Both the position numbers and the translations under genes were made by a program. The notes beneath the pieces were generated by a model that saw nothing but the letters and a program-made list of their open reading frames with translations, made no database searches and had not been told where the DNA came from. Shown piece after piece: positions 37,546-48,873 of a stretch of DNA of 64,000 bases. The DNA is taken from the NCBI GenBank assembly GCA_043228905.1, contig JBHGNT010000022.1, positions 9,238,001-9,302,000 of the forward strand, given 5' to 3'. The stretch comes from Azolla caroliniana (Eukaryota > Plantae > Polypodiophyta). Position 1 is the stretch's first letter. Each line of letters starts with the position of its first letter.

Positions 37546-38366
37546 GCCTCTATCCATCGTTCTTCTTGTTCTTCTTCGTCAAGCTGTGTCGGCTGCAGAG
37601 AGGTTCTCAACCCTCGCGCTCTGATACCATGTAGAAAGTAGCGTGCGGAAGCAAGTATGAAGACAGAACAGAAGGAAGAACACTCAGGTTTAATGGAGAG
37701 CTTGAGCTTACGCAGTATACGCGGGAGAGACAGAGAGAGTGAGAGTGAAGACACAAAAAATATATTCAACAATAATACTCTATCTGTACATAAGACGTGC
37801 TCAGTGAACACTTTTATACAAGTCCTAGAAGGACTGACCGAAGTACTGACAGTACTTCAATGCTCATCAAGAGCTCCTACACTAACTCCCAAATATATTC
37901 CTCACAGAATATCTTTCCTAACGACCTCCTGGTTTACGCACTCGGCCTAACCGATCGGTCCCAACCGATCCGGTCCTCGGCTTCTTCAGCCGATCCGGCT
38001 GATGTTGAGCTTTCTCTCAACAGACCCTTGCTTCCTCGTCCTCAGTGTCCTTCTCTTGGGTCTCACATCGGTTAATGCCCAAGTCTCCAAAACGAGTGTG
38101 GAGAGATCCATATGTATTTGTTGGCCACACTCCGACATCTTTATTTGTGTTGGCTATCACCTTTGCTTCCCGACCATCACCTTCTGTCTCTTGGGTCTCA
38201 CGTTGGCTTTGAACCACAACTGTCCAAGTCTCTAGAACATGTGCGAAGGAATCCATTTGTCTTTGGTCAATTGCCTTCGACACATTTGTCTTGATGTTAT
38301 CTTTCACATTAGATTGGAACTCCCCCTTGTTGCCACCTTCCGTCTCTTGGGTCTTCTGTTGGTTCT

Positions 38367-39311
38367 CAGAAACCTGAATGATCACTGCGGCCAGAATCCC
38401 TCACACTTCCCTTTTGACTTCGCACATATCGGTGGATGTGCCATTTGGTGGGGGCGAATGTCGTTAGGATTTACGACCACAGTGCAAAAACCGGGATTGT
38501 TGGTGACATCGGCGGAGCGCACTGTGTACACTCACCCTTGTAAAAGATGCACAAAGGTAGCGAGTGCTTTTAAGGCGCCGAATAGGAGTAATAATGGGAT
38601 AGTGTATCCCTTGTAATTCGGGATATGTATCCCACATTGTTACGCCACTCCCTCCTTGTGATATAAAAGGAAGGTAGGGTCTGTTGTGTGGGGGTCTCTT
38701 GTGTCTTTGTTAGTGTCGGGTGCGTTTCTTTCTTTTCGTTTCCTCCACATAAGAGGCGTGTGTTGAGTCGGAGTTGCGTGCGTGATCTCTCTCTCTCTCA
38801 CACGAACACACACACACACACACACACACTCTCCTCTGTTTGGTAGTGTTCGGTACGCATTCGGAATCACTCCGGTTTGTGCCACAACCGACGTAGCTGG
38901 GCACAAAGAGAGTTAGTCTCCCAGTATCATGTCTCCCTCGTCCGAGACCCCTCTGGTCCCACCCTCACACCCAATATCAGCACCGAGAGAATTGGGTCCA
39001 CTTGATTTGGTCCACTCGGATGTCTGTGGCCCTATGCCACATCAGCCTCTTGGCAGTGCCTTCTATTTCTTCAGCTTTATTGACGACTGGACTTGGAGGT
39101 GTGGGTGTATTCGATAAAGAACAAAGATCGAGTATTCTCGATTTTCTCGGATTGGCTCACTATGGGTGAAAAATCAATGTGGCCGAAAACTCAAATGTCT
39201 TCGAATCGATAATGGAGGCGAGTTCAAATTTGAAGAATTCGTCAAATTTTGCTGACAACGTGGCATAGGATGTTGTTGAGGAAATCCTCGCGTGTTCTCG
39301 AAATGAAGCGG
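38367..39311 (+). repeat. Diverged duplicate of 17153-18040: PPT, LTR 38459-38976, copia integrase fragment, first 38 bp of the gag-only LTR
   Basis: Collinear similarity across three element junctions. This copy retains ~100 bp including TATAAAAG that is deleted near 17432. Confidence 0.92.
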
Positions 39312-39553
39312 TGTCGTGTGGTTTTTCACACACGATATGAAAACTAGTAAAACAATTATTTAAGATTAGCTTAATGTATTCATATAGATAAATGTCGTGT
39401 GTTTTTTCACACACGATATGAAAACTAGTAAAACAATTATTTAAGATTAGCTTAATGTATTCATATAGATAAATGTCGTGTGTTTTTTCACACACGATAT
39501 GAAAACCAGTAAAACAAGTATTTAAGATTAGCTTAATGTATTCATATAGATAG
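39312..39553 (+). repeat. 81-bp tandem repeat at the LTR start (3 copies; 2 copies at 46483-46643)
   Basis: Units start at 39312, 39393 and 39474, each TGTCGTGTG.TTTTTCACACACGATATG. Confidence 0.95.
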
Positions 39554-39779
39554 ATGTCTTCAAGAGCTTCATAGCGTAATTTACTACGCATGAAACGGAT
39601 AAACAAGTATCAAGTTATGTGAGTGTGAAGTTTGAAGAAGAAGAAAGAAAAGACAAAATTGTGAGATATCCCATATAGATAGGACAACATTTGAACCCAA
39701 GAAATATAAGGGAAACCAAAACATATTCATTCTATCAAGGTGTGGAGTATAGAATGTTCAGGGTGACTTGGCTACATTG

Positions 39780-40175
39780 TGTGGTGTGCACGCTTTCGGT
39801 CCACGTGTGTACGCACGGTCGTGTTAACTTTTTGGGCGTACATGCGTGTGCATGACCGCGTGGACGTTTCGGATGTACCCGTGTGTGCAAGTTTCAGGCG
39901 TACGCATGCATGGCCATGTGGACGTTTTCGGATGTTCCTGTGTGTGCAAGTTTCAGGCGTACGAGTGCATGGCCGCGTGGACGTTTCGGACAGATGCGTG
40001 TGTGCGGATGAGCGCGCGGATGCGTACACGACGCAGTTGGGACTTTTGCGCGCGGATGCGTACACTACGCGGTCAAGGCATGCACATGCGTGGATGCGTA
40101 CACTGTGCGGTCGAGACTTTTGCGCGCGGGCGCGTCTACGGTTTGGTTGCGACGCACGTACGGATTGCGCACGGG
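39780..40175 (+). repeat. GC-rich, alternating purine-pyrimidine tandem repeats in the LTR (longer version 46870-47442)
   Basis: Recurring GGACGTTTCGGA, GTGTGTGCAAGTTTC, GCGTACGCATGCATGGCC and GCGCGCGGATGCGTACAC. Confidence 0.85.
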
Positions 40176-40801
40176 CTAAACTTTATGGATGATCGGGTCA
40201 TTTGGCCAAATTATACGGATGGTCGCATGCAACTAAAAGTCAAGGCCATGCAACTAAAAGTAAAAGCCATGCAACTAAAAGTGGACATGCAAAGTAACAT
40301 TAGGAAGGAGGATCAACAAAGAGCTCGATATATGTTCTATTTTTTCCCTCTATTTTTTTTTTCCTCTTCCTTCTTATTTTTCTCTCTCCCATTTCCTTGG
40401 GGAACAAATTATCTCTCAGATTGATATCAAACTCTTGGATTGGCTTGCTCAATCTTTCTTGTCAAAAATTATGTCTCATATTCATATTGGACCACTCCTT
40501 ACATGGTTGTTGGCTCCTTTCTTTAAAATATTTTATCTCTCATTTTAATCTCCAACCCGTTGTAACAAGATTCTTAAATTATAAAAGAATCTATTTTCTT
40601 ATGCAATAAACGAACGTTTTCTCTCATCTACTCGTCTTATATGTGAATTTTGGTTGTGTTGTACGTTTTGCACTAAATCCTTCTAGTCCAGAACCTCGGC
40701 GGTTCCGCCTCACGATTCGCACATAGTGACAGATTTTCACGACATAATTAAGTGGTGAACCCGACATGAAAGAGGCGGTAGGGAGGATATCAAGTGCAAC
40801 A

Positions 40802-43800
40802 ATGGCTTGCACAAGCAGAACTCAAGGAGAAGAATTAACGAAAGGCATGGTGTCCGTAGTGGAATACATGCTGAAGGTGAGAGATCGAGAAGCTTTAATC
40901 GACAAAGCTGTTGATCGTACGGTCGAGATAGGTGGATGATTTGGTGGCAAGAACATCACGGATTTTCTTGCTACCTATCGGAACGAGATGAAACAAAGGG
41001 ATGTCAATGATCTCAAACAAATTTCTAGCTTCAAACGTGTGGTGGAACCATGGATCCGCGAGCGCGGCATGAAGATCCAAAACGAGCATGCAACTTGGGC
41101 GGAGTTCGAAAAGGCGCTTCTCGCTGAATACATGCTTGAAGACGCATCACGGATGACTCGACATACACTAATGTCTTGGATCAAGAAGAAAGGGAAGAAT
41201 ATGTGTGCGTCTGGAGTATATGCCGAGTTCGACCAGAAGTACAACCGACTTCCAAGTGTTGATCAACGAGTTCTCGATGGAGATAATGTCCTACTATTCC
41301 TGAAGGCAGTGGATGCGAAAGATCGACGTGAATTGGGTAACTTTTTGGAGGATGAAACACAACCAAATGGCTTGGTAGCAGACTGGGCGGCGGTGCAAAA
41401 GGCTTGTAGCCGTCTTGATAAGAGTCGACAATGGCAAGAGGAAACTGATATGGAGAATCCACAATCGTGGAGGAGGAAGGCACCTGTGATGATCGAGTCT
41501 AACAAGCCGAGCAACAATTTCGACAAGAAAGCGATGGAGGAATCTATAATCGAAGAGCTCTCCAAGAAGTTTGAAGCGGTATCGTTGGCCAACTTAGGTT
41601 GATGCGGGCCGAAGGGAAAAGAAGCGTATATATGTGTGTGGTGTGATAGCTTTGAGCACTCGCGAAGGGAGTGCACTGACTTGCAAGACGCAATTCGCAA
41701 GAATGTCGTCTATTTGGATGACAACATGATCCACTCGAGCAAGACCCGAAAGCCACTACGAGTGAACTTCGGAAGAGGCGGGCTGAAAAAGGTCGTGGAA
41801 GAGGAAGATGCAAGGAATGTGGAAGCCATGCACTATGGCGCATCGGCGGGAATATGAGTCGGAAGAGAGAATCTAAAGACGATCAAGCCAGGAGCTGGGT
41901 TTTGTCCAATGGTATTCGAGTGCGAAAAGAAAGGAAAAATAGATTTGGAGGATCTAAAACATGCTGATCGGAATGTGCGACGAGTTACCGAATGGTCGGA
42001 TCCAGTCGACGATAACACAAGCTTTGCGGAGGTTGTGTGTGAAAACTATGAAGCACTTGTTGAAGAGAAGAGGAAAAGAACCGGTGAAGAAGATTGCACA
42101 TCAAAGCGTCACAATACGAGGAATGTAGGGAAAGAAGGACGAGCCCAACCTACGCCACGAAAAGAGATAGGAGAAACAAGCATGAAGCCTGGTGGATCGA
42201 GCCAACCTTCTCGGATGGAAGTCGATGAATCTATGAAGAAAGGAAAAGAACGAGCGGCACCGACTTACCAGCTAAGGTCGGACATAGAACAAACAACCGA
42301 CTTGCGGAAGGTCCTTGAGGAGAAGGTTTTAGATAGTCATGTCAACCTTACTTTGAGAGAGCTACTTAGGATCGCTAAGAAGGAGTTCTACGATACTATC
42401 GTGGACTTGATTAAGCGGAAGCGGCAACAATCGGATGAAGAGGAGGTGAAAACAAGTGCCATAACCATGGCAAGATCGGAAGAGTAGGAAGAAGAAGTGA
42501 TGGCGGACAACCATTACTCTCGGCCTCATTGGGCAAGAGCGACAACGGAGATGCCAGTGAAGATCGGAGAAAAGAAAGAGACCGTGGTAGCCTTGATTGA
42601 CCATGGTTCGGAGATCAACCTCATGTCGACCGAATTCTACAAGAAAGGAAGATGGCCGATCAACACAAACCACGGATGGAAGGTAAGAGCGGCGATGAAG
42701 GCCACGGAAGACCTGGTACGGAGCTTGCCCCAATGTTAAAGTCACGATCGGAGACGTGGAGATGGATCAACACTTCTTTGTGCAAGACTCGGCTTCACAT
42801 CCCGTCATCCTAGGACAACCATATATCACATCGTCCCGGATGGACACTAAGGTGTTCGATAATGGAGCGGCCTTCGCGCGACTCAAGAGCCTTAACAATC
42901 AAAGGACTGTTCAATTCCTTACGGTGCGGTCTAATCACGAAAGGAACTGAGATAGCCTTGGAGGCGAATCCTCAAATTTTTAGAGCAGACTATTGAAGCG
43001 TGGGGCATGAATAGTCCGAGCAATCATAAGTCCCCACAAGGAAGCAAAATAAGTGGATCACAAGGAGAAGCAACACGTGTGACACCTAGTGGCGCATGTA
43101 AACTAACACTACTCAACAAGAAGGACAAGTGCCGGATACAAGACTTCGAGAAGATGCTGAAAGAAGAAAGCATAATCGAAGAAGAAGAATTTGTGTCTCA
43201 TATTCTAGAGGAAGCCTCATTTAACGACACCATCGGCGAAATCGAGGAAGTCGTGGACTTGAGCTACCCTTACGATCAAAATGTGATTTTGGTTAACTCC
43301 GTCAACATGTACGATATCATCGAGGCATCTTGATGGAGGAAGCTGAAGTCAACACAAAATATAAAATGGTGGATAAGAAGATCAAGCCAGTTGCGGTTCC
43401 GCTACTGGAATATAGCTGGCAGAAGATGAAGGAAGTTGCTAATGATCCAAGCTTAAGGGATCCAAAGGCAATAGGTCATGTCTTCACCAAAGAGACAAAA
43501 GGAAAGCTACAAGTTGGAAGGGAAGATTTCCTTCTCCATGAAGAGGAGATAATGTTCCACGGAATGCTTGAGAGACATAGGAAAGCCTTTGCCTTCTCTC
43601 CATAAGAGATCGGATGTGCCGACCCGAAGATAATAGAGCCAATGGTGATTTTTACGGTGCCGCATGTACCTTGGAACCTCAAGACGATACCGGTTCCAAG
43701 AGCTCACATTCCGAAGTTGATTGAGCTTCTAAAGGAAAAGGTTAGGATGGGAATACTTCAGCCGTCCAATGCTCCCTACTCCAATAGATGGTTTACGGTG

Positions 43801-46418
43801 CCGAAGAAGAACAAGTCCTTACGCTTTATTCAAGATCTCCAACCTGTCAACAAGGTGACGATCCGAAATGCCAGAATTGGTCCAAGTGTGGATGAATTTG
43901 GCGAAGCCTTCGCGGAAATATCGATCTATTCCATTGGTGATCTCTACTCGGGCTATGATCAATTTCAATTGGCCGTCGATAGTAGAGACATAACGACAAT
44001 GAGGACGCCGATCGGGTTGGTAAGGATGTGCACCTTACCCCAAGGTGCAACAAATTCCGTAGCCCACATGGTGAATGCCATGAACAAAGTGTTGAGGGAT
44101 TGTATCCCTGATATCACAATACCCTTCTTAGATGATATTCTGATCAAAGGATGCTTGGTGGAAGAAAAGGATGAATCGAAAGATGAAAAATGTTGCCGAA
44201 GATTCGTCATCGATCATATAGAGGATAGCGAGAAGGTGTTGCAAAAGCTTGAGGATGCAAATCTCACGTTTTCGGGAGAGAAGTCTGCATTCGATCAACC
44301 AGAAATATTGGTAGTAGGACACTTATGTGGGTCTTATGGCCGGAAGCCATCTCCATCCAAGGTGAACGCGATTCAAGAGATGAAAGAAGAATGTGTGTCT
44401 CAAACAGAGGTGTGAATATTCTTGGGAGCATGTGCATTCTATCACATATGGATTCCACATTATGCTCATGTCGCTGAACCATTGTATGGATTACTAAAGA
44501 AAAGGAAGAAATTCGAATGGGAAAATGAGCATACCTACGTGGTTCAAAAGCTAAAGAAACTATTATTGGAAGCTCCGGCAGTACGAAAAGCCGACTACAC
44601 CGAAGGTACCCCGATATATGTGACGGTGGATACGAGCCCAACCGGAATTGGATGGGTGATAAACTAAGAAGACAAAGAAAAGAATCGGTATGCAATCCGA
44701 TCCGGTGACAAGGTGTTAACCGAAAGACAAAGGAAGTATGCCCAAGTAAAGAGAGAGCTATGGGGAATAGTATCTGCGGTTAAAACCGATCGTGACTACC
44801 TTATCGGAACAGAGGTCATAATCGAAACTGATTGTTTCCCTATTCTCGGAATGATATCTGGTTGTGCTACACCGGATATCGCTATGCTGCAATGGATTGC
44901 CTATATCAAGTCCCTCAACCCCGAGATTCGACATATAAATGGAAAACATAATGTGGTGGCCGATATGTTGTCAAGGGCATGGTATGAGGGTGAAGAAGAT
45001 TTGCACTCCGACGAAGAAGATGTTGGCCTAAACTTCTTTACAGTTTCTTGTGCTCGGGTGCTTGCCGTGTTTAAAGTAGAAGGTTATGAGGGTGAATTCA
45101 TCGAAATTGGCAAGTACTTAAGCTCTCTTACAAAGGATGAATCATGGTCAAAGGAAGACTTCTACTGAATTAGGAAGAAGGCCTACAAGTTCTTCCTCAA
45201 AGAAGAACATTTATGGAAATTTCCAAAGAAGAAGAATGGAACTCCACTTCGAGTGGTGTGCAAGAAACAAGATCAACAAACACTAACTGCTGAATTTCAT
45301 GATAGTGTGTGGGTAGGTCATCGAGGTATATGGGCAACATTTGCAAAGCTCAAGGAGAAGTATTGGTGGCCGGGTGTTTACAAAGATGTAGCAAGCTATG
45401 TTGAAACATGTGAGCAATGCCAATTATACTCGAATATTCAACATAGGGATGAACTTCATCCGACATATCCATTATCAATGCACTATAAGTGGTTGGTAGA
45501 CATAGTGGTTATGCCGATGGGATTGGCGCAAATGAAGTATCTCGTGCTACCAAGAGAGGATCTCACCAACCAAGTAGAAGGATGGGCGCTAAGGAATAAA
45601 CTAACTTCGGCGGTTTATAAGTTTCTCCTTGAAGATGTTATTTGTCGATATGGATGCGTTGGCAAAATAACATTTGACAGGGGAGAATTAGATGCGAATG
45701 AAGCTAAAGAATTCTTTTCAAGAATAGGCGTCAAACTATCGCTCACCATGGCATACAACCCAGACGCAAATGGGAAGGTGGAATGAGGACATAGTCCGAT
45801 TGTAAAAGCTCTAGCAAAGGCTTGTGACGGCAAGATGGGGAATTGGCCACGATTACTACCTTATGCATTGTGGGCTGACAAAACTACACATAGCACGACT
45901 ACAGGATATATGCCGGCCAAACTCATATTAGGGCAAAACCAATAATGCCTATCGAGCAAAGTGTTGCTTCATGGACATCTTTGCCATGGCAAGAGGAAAT
46001 GAGTCGGGAAGACTTGCTAGCCACGAGGATTCAACAACTAGAACGGAGGCCCGAAGATGTCGAGTTGGCAATAGAACAGTTGCGCCAAGCTCGACTAAAG
46101 AACAAGGAGAATTTTGATAGAAAGCATCGTCTTCGACAAAGAAAAATTGAAGAAGGAGATTGGGTTCTTGTCTATGATAGTAGTTTCGATAATCAATATA
46201 GCACTGCTCGAAAGTTCGCAAACTGATGGTTTGGCCCGTATATGGTCAAGAAAATAGGAAGCAATGCAACCTATTTTTTAGCAGAGTTAGATGGAACTCG
46301 ACTTGCTTTGCCAATTGCAGGGAAAAGAATCAAGATCTTTAAGAGAAGAGAGGCCCCAAATCTTGAGATCGAAGTTATGGATGATATAGCCTCGAATATC
46401 GAGGTTGAAAAAGAGTAA
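40802..46418 (+). pseudogene. Gypsy gag-PR-RT-RH-INT pseudogene
   Basis: Knuckle CVWCDSFEHSRREC; protease LIDHGSEIN; RT RFIQDLQPVNK, LPQGATNS, PFLDDI; RH VDTSPTGIG, ETDCFPILG; integrase HDSVWVGHRG, CEQCQ, FDRGEL, YNPDANGKVE, WFGPY. Confidence 0.93.
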
Positions 46419-47929
46419 TTAAAAGAGGAACCTCACCACAATTGGCACATACCAGTGGATGTGCAGGTTTGGTGGGGGTGAATGTTGTGTGGTTTTTCAC
46501 ACACGATATGAAAACTAGTAAAACAATCATTTAAGATTAGCTTAATGTATTCATATAGATAAATGTCGTGTGTTTTTTCACACACGATATGAAAAATAGT
46601 AAAGCAATTATTTAAGATTAGCTTAATGTATTCATATAGGTAGATGTCTTCAAGAGCTTCATAGCATATTTTACTACGCATGAAACGGATAAACAAGTAT
46701 CAAGTTATGTGAGTGTGAAGTTTGAAGAAGAAGAAAGAAAAGACAAAATTGTGAGATATCCCACATAGATAGGACAACATTTGAACCCAGGATATATAAG
46801 GGAAACCAAAACATATTCATTCTATCAATGTGTGGAGCATAGAATGTTCAAGGTGACTTGGTTACATTGTGTGGTGTGCACGCTTCTGGTGTATGTGTGT
46901 ATGCACGGTTGTTTAACGCTTTGGGCGTACACGTGCACGTTTTGGATGAGCGCGGTTTGGACTTTTGCGCGCGGACGCGTCTACGGTTTGGTTGCGACGC
47001 ACAGCGTGGACGTTTTCGGATGTACGTGGTGTGCAAGTTTCGAGCGTACGCATGCATGGCCGCCTGGACGTTCCAGACGTACGCGTGTGTGCGGACGAGC
47101 GCGCGGATGCGTACACGACGCGATTGGGACACACACATACGTGGATGCGTACACGGCGCGTACGCGTGCATGGTTGTGTGGACGTTTCGGATGGACCCGT
47201 GTGTGCGGACGAGCACGGTTGGGACTTTTGCGCGCGGACGCGTCTACGGTTTCGTTGCGACGCATGATGTGGATGTTTTCGGACGTACGCGGTGTGCAAG
47301 TTTCGGGCGTACGCGTGCTGGCCGCGTGGACATTTTGGACGGACGCGTGTGTGCGGACGAGCGCGCAGATGCGTATACGGCGCGATCAGGATGCGCACAT
47401 GCGTGGATGCGTACACGGCGCGGTCGGGACATGCACATGCATTGTCGCGAAAATACGACGAGGATATGTGAACTTTGAGGCAGGACCCCGAGGCCTCCGA
47501 CCGGAAGATATCAGATTCCCATGATTATATTAAACAATTAATACAAAATGATAAAGATTCACAAATTTCATTAATAAAGGGAAAGAAAGATTACAATCAA
47601 TCTCAAGATTGAGATTACAAAAGTTTTATCTTAAGGAGATTGCTAGAATAATAGATTAGAAGAAACTAAGATATGGATTCCATAGAGATTTAGGGTTCTT
47701 GGCTTTGATAAGAGATTATGGTTACATGAATATTATGGTTGCCGTAGGGAAGATTAGAGTTTTTGGATTCCGTAAGGAAATTAAGGTTTATGAGAGATAT
47801 GGCTTCCTTAAGATAAGGGAGTTGAGAAGGAGAAGAAAAAGAAATATAATATGGAGAGAGCCTGAGTGTAGGAAAAAAAAAAAGAAATTTTATATGGAGT
47901 TCTCCCTTTGATCATCTGCATGTCCACTT

Positions 47930-48495
47930 TTTGTTGCATGGCCTCTACTTTTAGTTGCTTAGCTTATTCTTTTAGTTGCATCTAGTTTTAGTTGCATGGC
48001 TTTTTCGTTTAGTTGCATGTGACCGTCCACATGACCTTTACTTTTTGCATGCACTCCAACTTTAGTTGCTTGCGTCCACATGGCCTTTACTTTAGTTCTC
48101 TTCACTTTACTTTAGTTTGTTGCATGATCCAATCATCCGTCCATCTGCGTCCAACCTGGTCCGGTAGCCGGTTCCGCCCGACCGCCGAATCCCTCGCTGG
48201 CCGGTTCCATTTTGCTTGCCGTCCGGTTCCGGTTCCGATTTTGCTTGCCGGCCGGTTCCAGTTTGCTTGCCGATTGCGCTTGCGGTTTTGCTTACCGGCC
48301 GATTCCGGTTCCGGTTTGCTTGTTGGTTTCGGTTCCGGTTCCGATTTGCTTGCCGGTTCTGGTTCTAGTTTTGCTTACCGGCTGGTTTCCAGTTCCAGTT
48401 TTGCTTACCAGCCTGTTTCCGATTTGCATATCGGCCGGTTTCCGGATTTGCTTACCGGCCGGTTTCCGAATTTGTTTACCGGCCGGTTTCCGGTT
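47930..48495. repeat. Short tandem arrays inside the LTR
   Basis: TTTTAGTTGCATGG-type units (47930-48125) followed by CCGGTTCC(G)ATTTGCTT-type units (48160-48495). Confidence 0.85.
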
Positions 48496-48873
48496 TTAGG
48501 GAATTTGGCCACCATCATCCATCAAGACAAAGTGGCCAAAGTGCTCTTAGCACAAATGAAAAATGAGGGAGCTCAAGGTGCTTATATAGCCAGGGCCTTA
48601 AGTTTCCTATCTATGTGGGATAGTTCTAATTTCCCTATCTTCTCAAACTTTATTTTCACATAACTTGATATGTATTTCTCCATTTTGTATATAGTAAAAT
48701 ACATTTTGAAGCTCTTGAGTATGTCCATCTTTCTATAGTAAGCTACTAATCTAATCTATAATAATTATTTCATTATTTTTTTATATAGTGTGTGAAGATT
48801 CACACGACATTCGCCCCCACCAAACCTGCACATCCACCGGTATGTGCCAATTGTGATGAGGCTCCATTTTTGT

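Larger units (their letters stand above)
22476..38022 (-). mobile_element. Full-length Ty1/copia element hosting a nested gypsy
   Basis: LTRs 37630-38022 (5') and 22476-22869 (3'), about 7 substitutions plus 1 indel by eye; TSD GACCC; PBS 37618-37629 (GCTCTGATACCA on +); PPT CTTGAGGGGGAG at 22870-22881. Confidence 0.97.
21909..38368 (-). mobile_element. Second, tandem, partial interior of the gag-only element (21909-22475 plus 38023-38368), split by the copia insertion
   Basis: 21909-22475 repeats 18782-19349, and 38023-38366 repeats ~19344-19688. The halves join across TSD GACCC. Confidence 0.9.
39312..47442 (+). mobile_element. Ty3/gypsy element with full pol and tRNA-Trp PBS (possibly Selgy/Phygy-like non-chromovirus); 3' LTR interrupted at 47442
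   Basis: 5' LTR 39312-40744 (TGTCG...CGACA); PBS TGGTGAACCCGACATGAA 40753-40770, complementary to the plant tRNA-Trp 3' end; PPT GGTGGGGGTGAA then 3' LTR from 46483. Lineage name tentative. Confidence 0.92.

Noticed and set aside
39312-39553. Regular repeats resembling a CRISPR array (also 52720-53000 and 19370-20130)
   Set aside because: Head-to-tail or degenerate repeats inside LTR elements, no unique equal-length spacers, no cas genes, eukaryotic context.
46781-47524. Long Cys/Arg-rich ORFs in several frames (also 39772-40424 and 48013-48663)
   Set aside because: Artefacts of stop-poor tandem repeats within LTRs.
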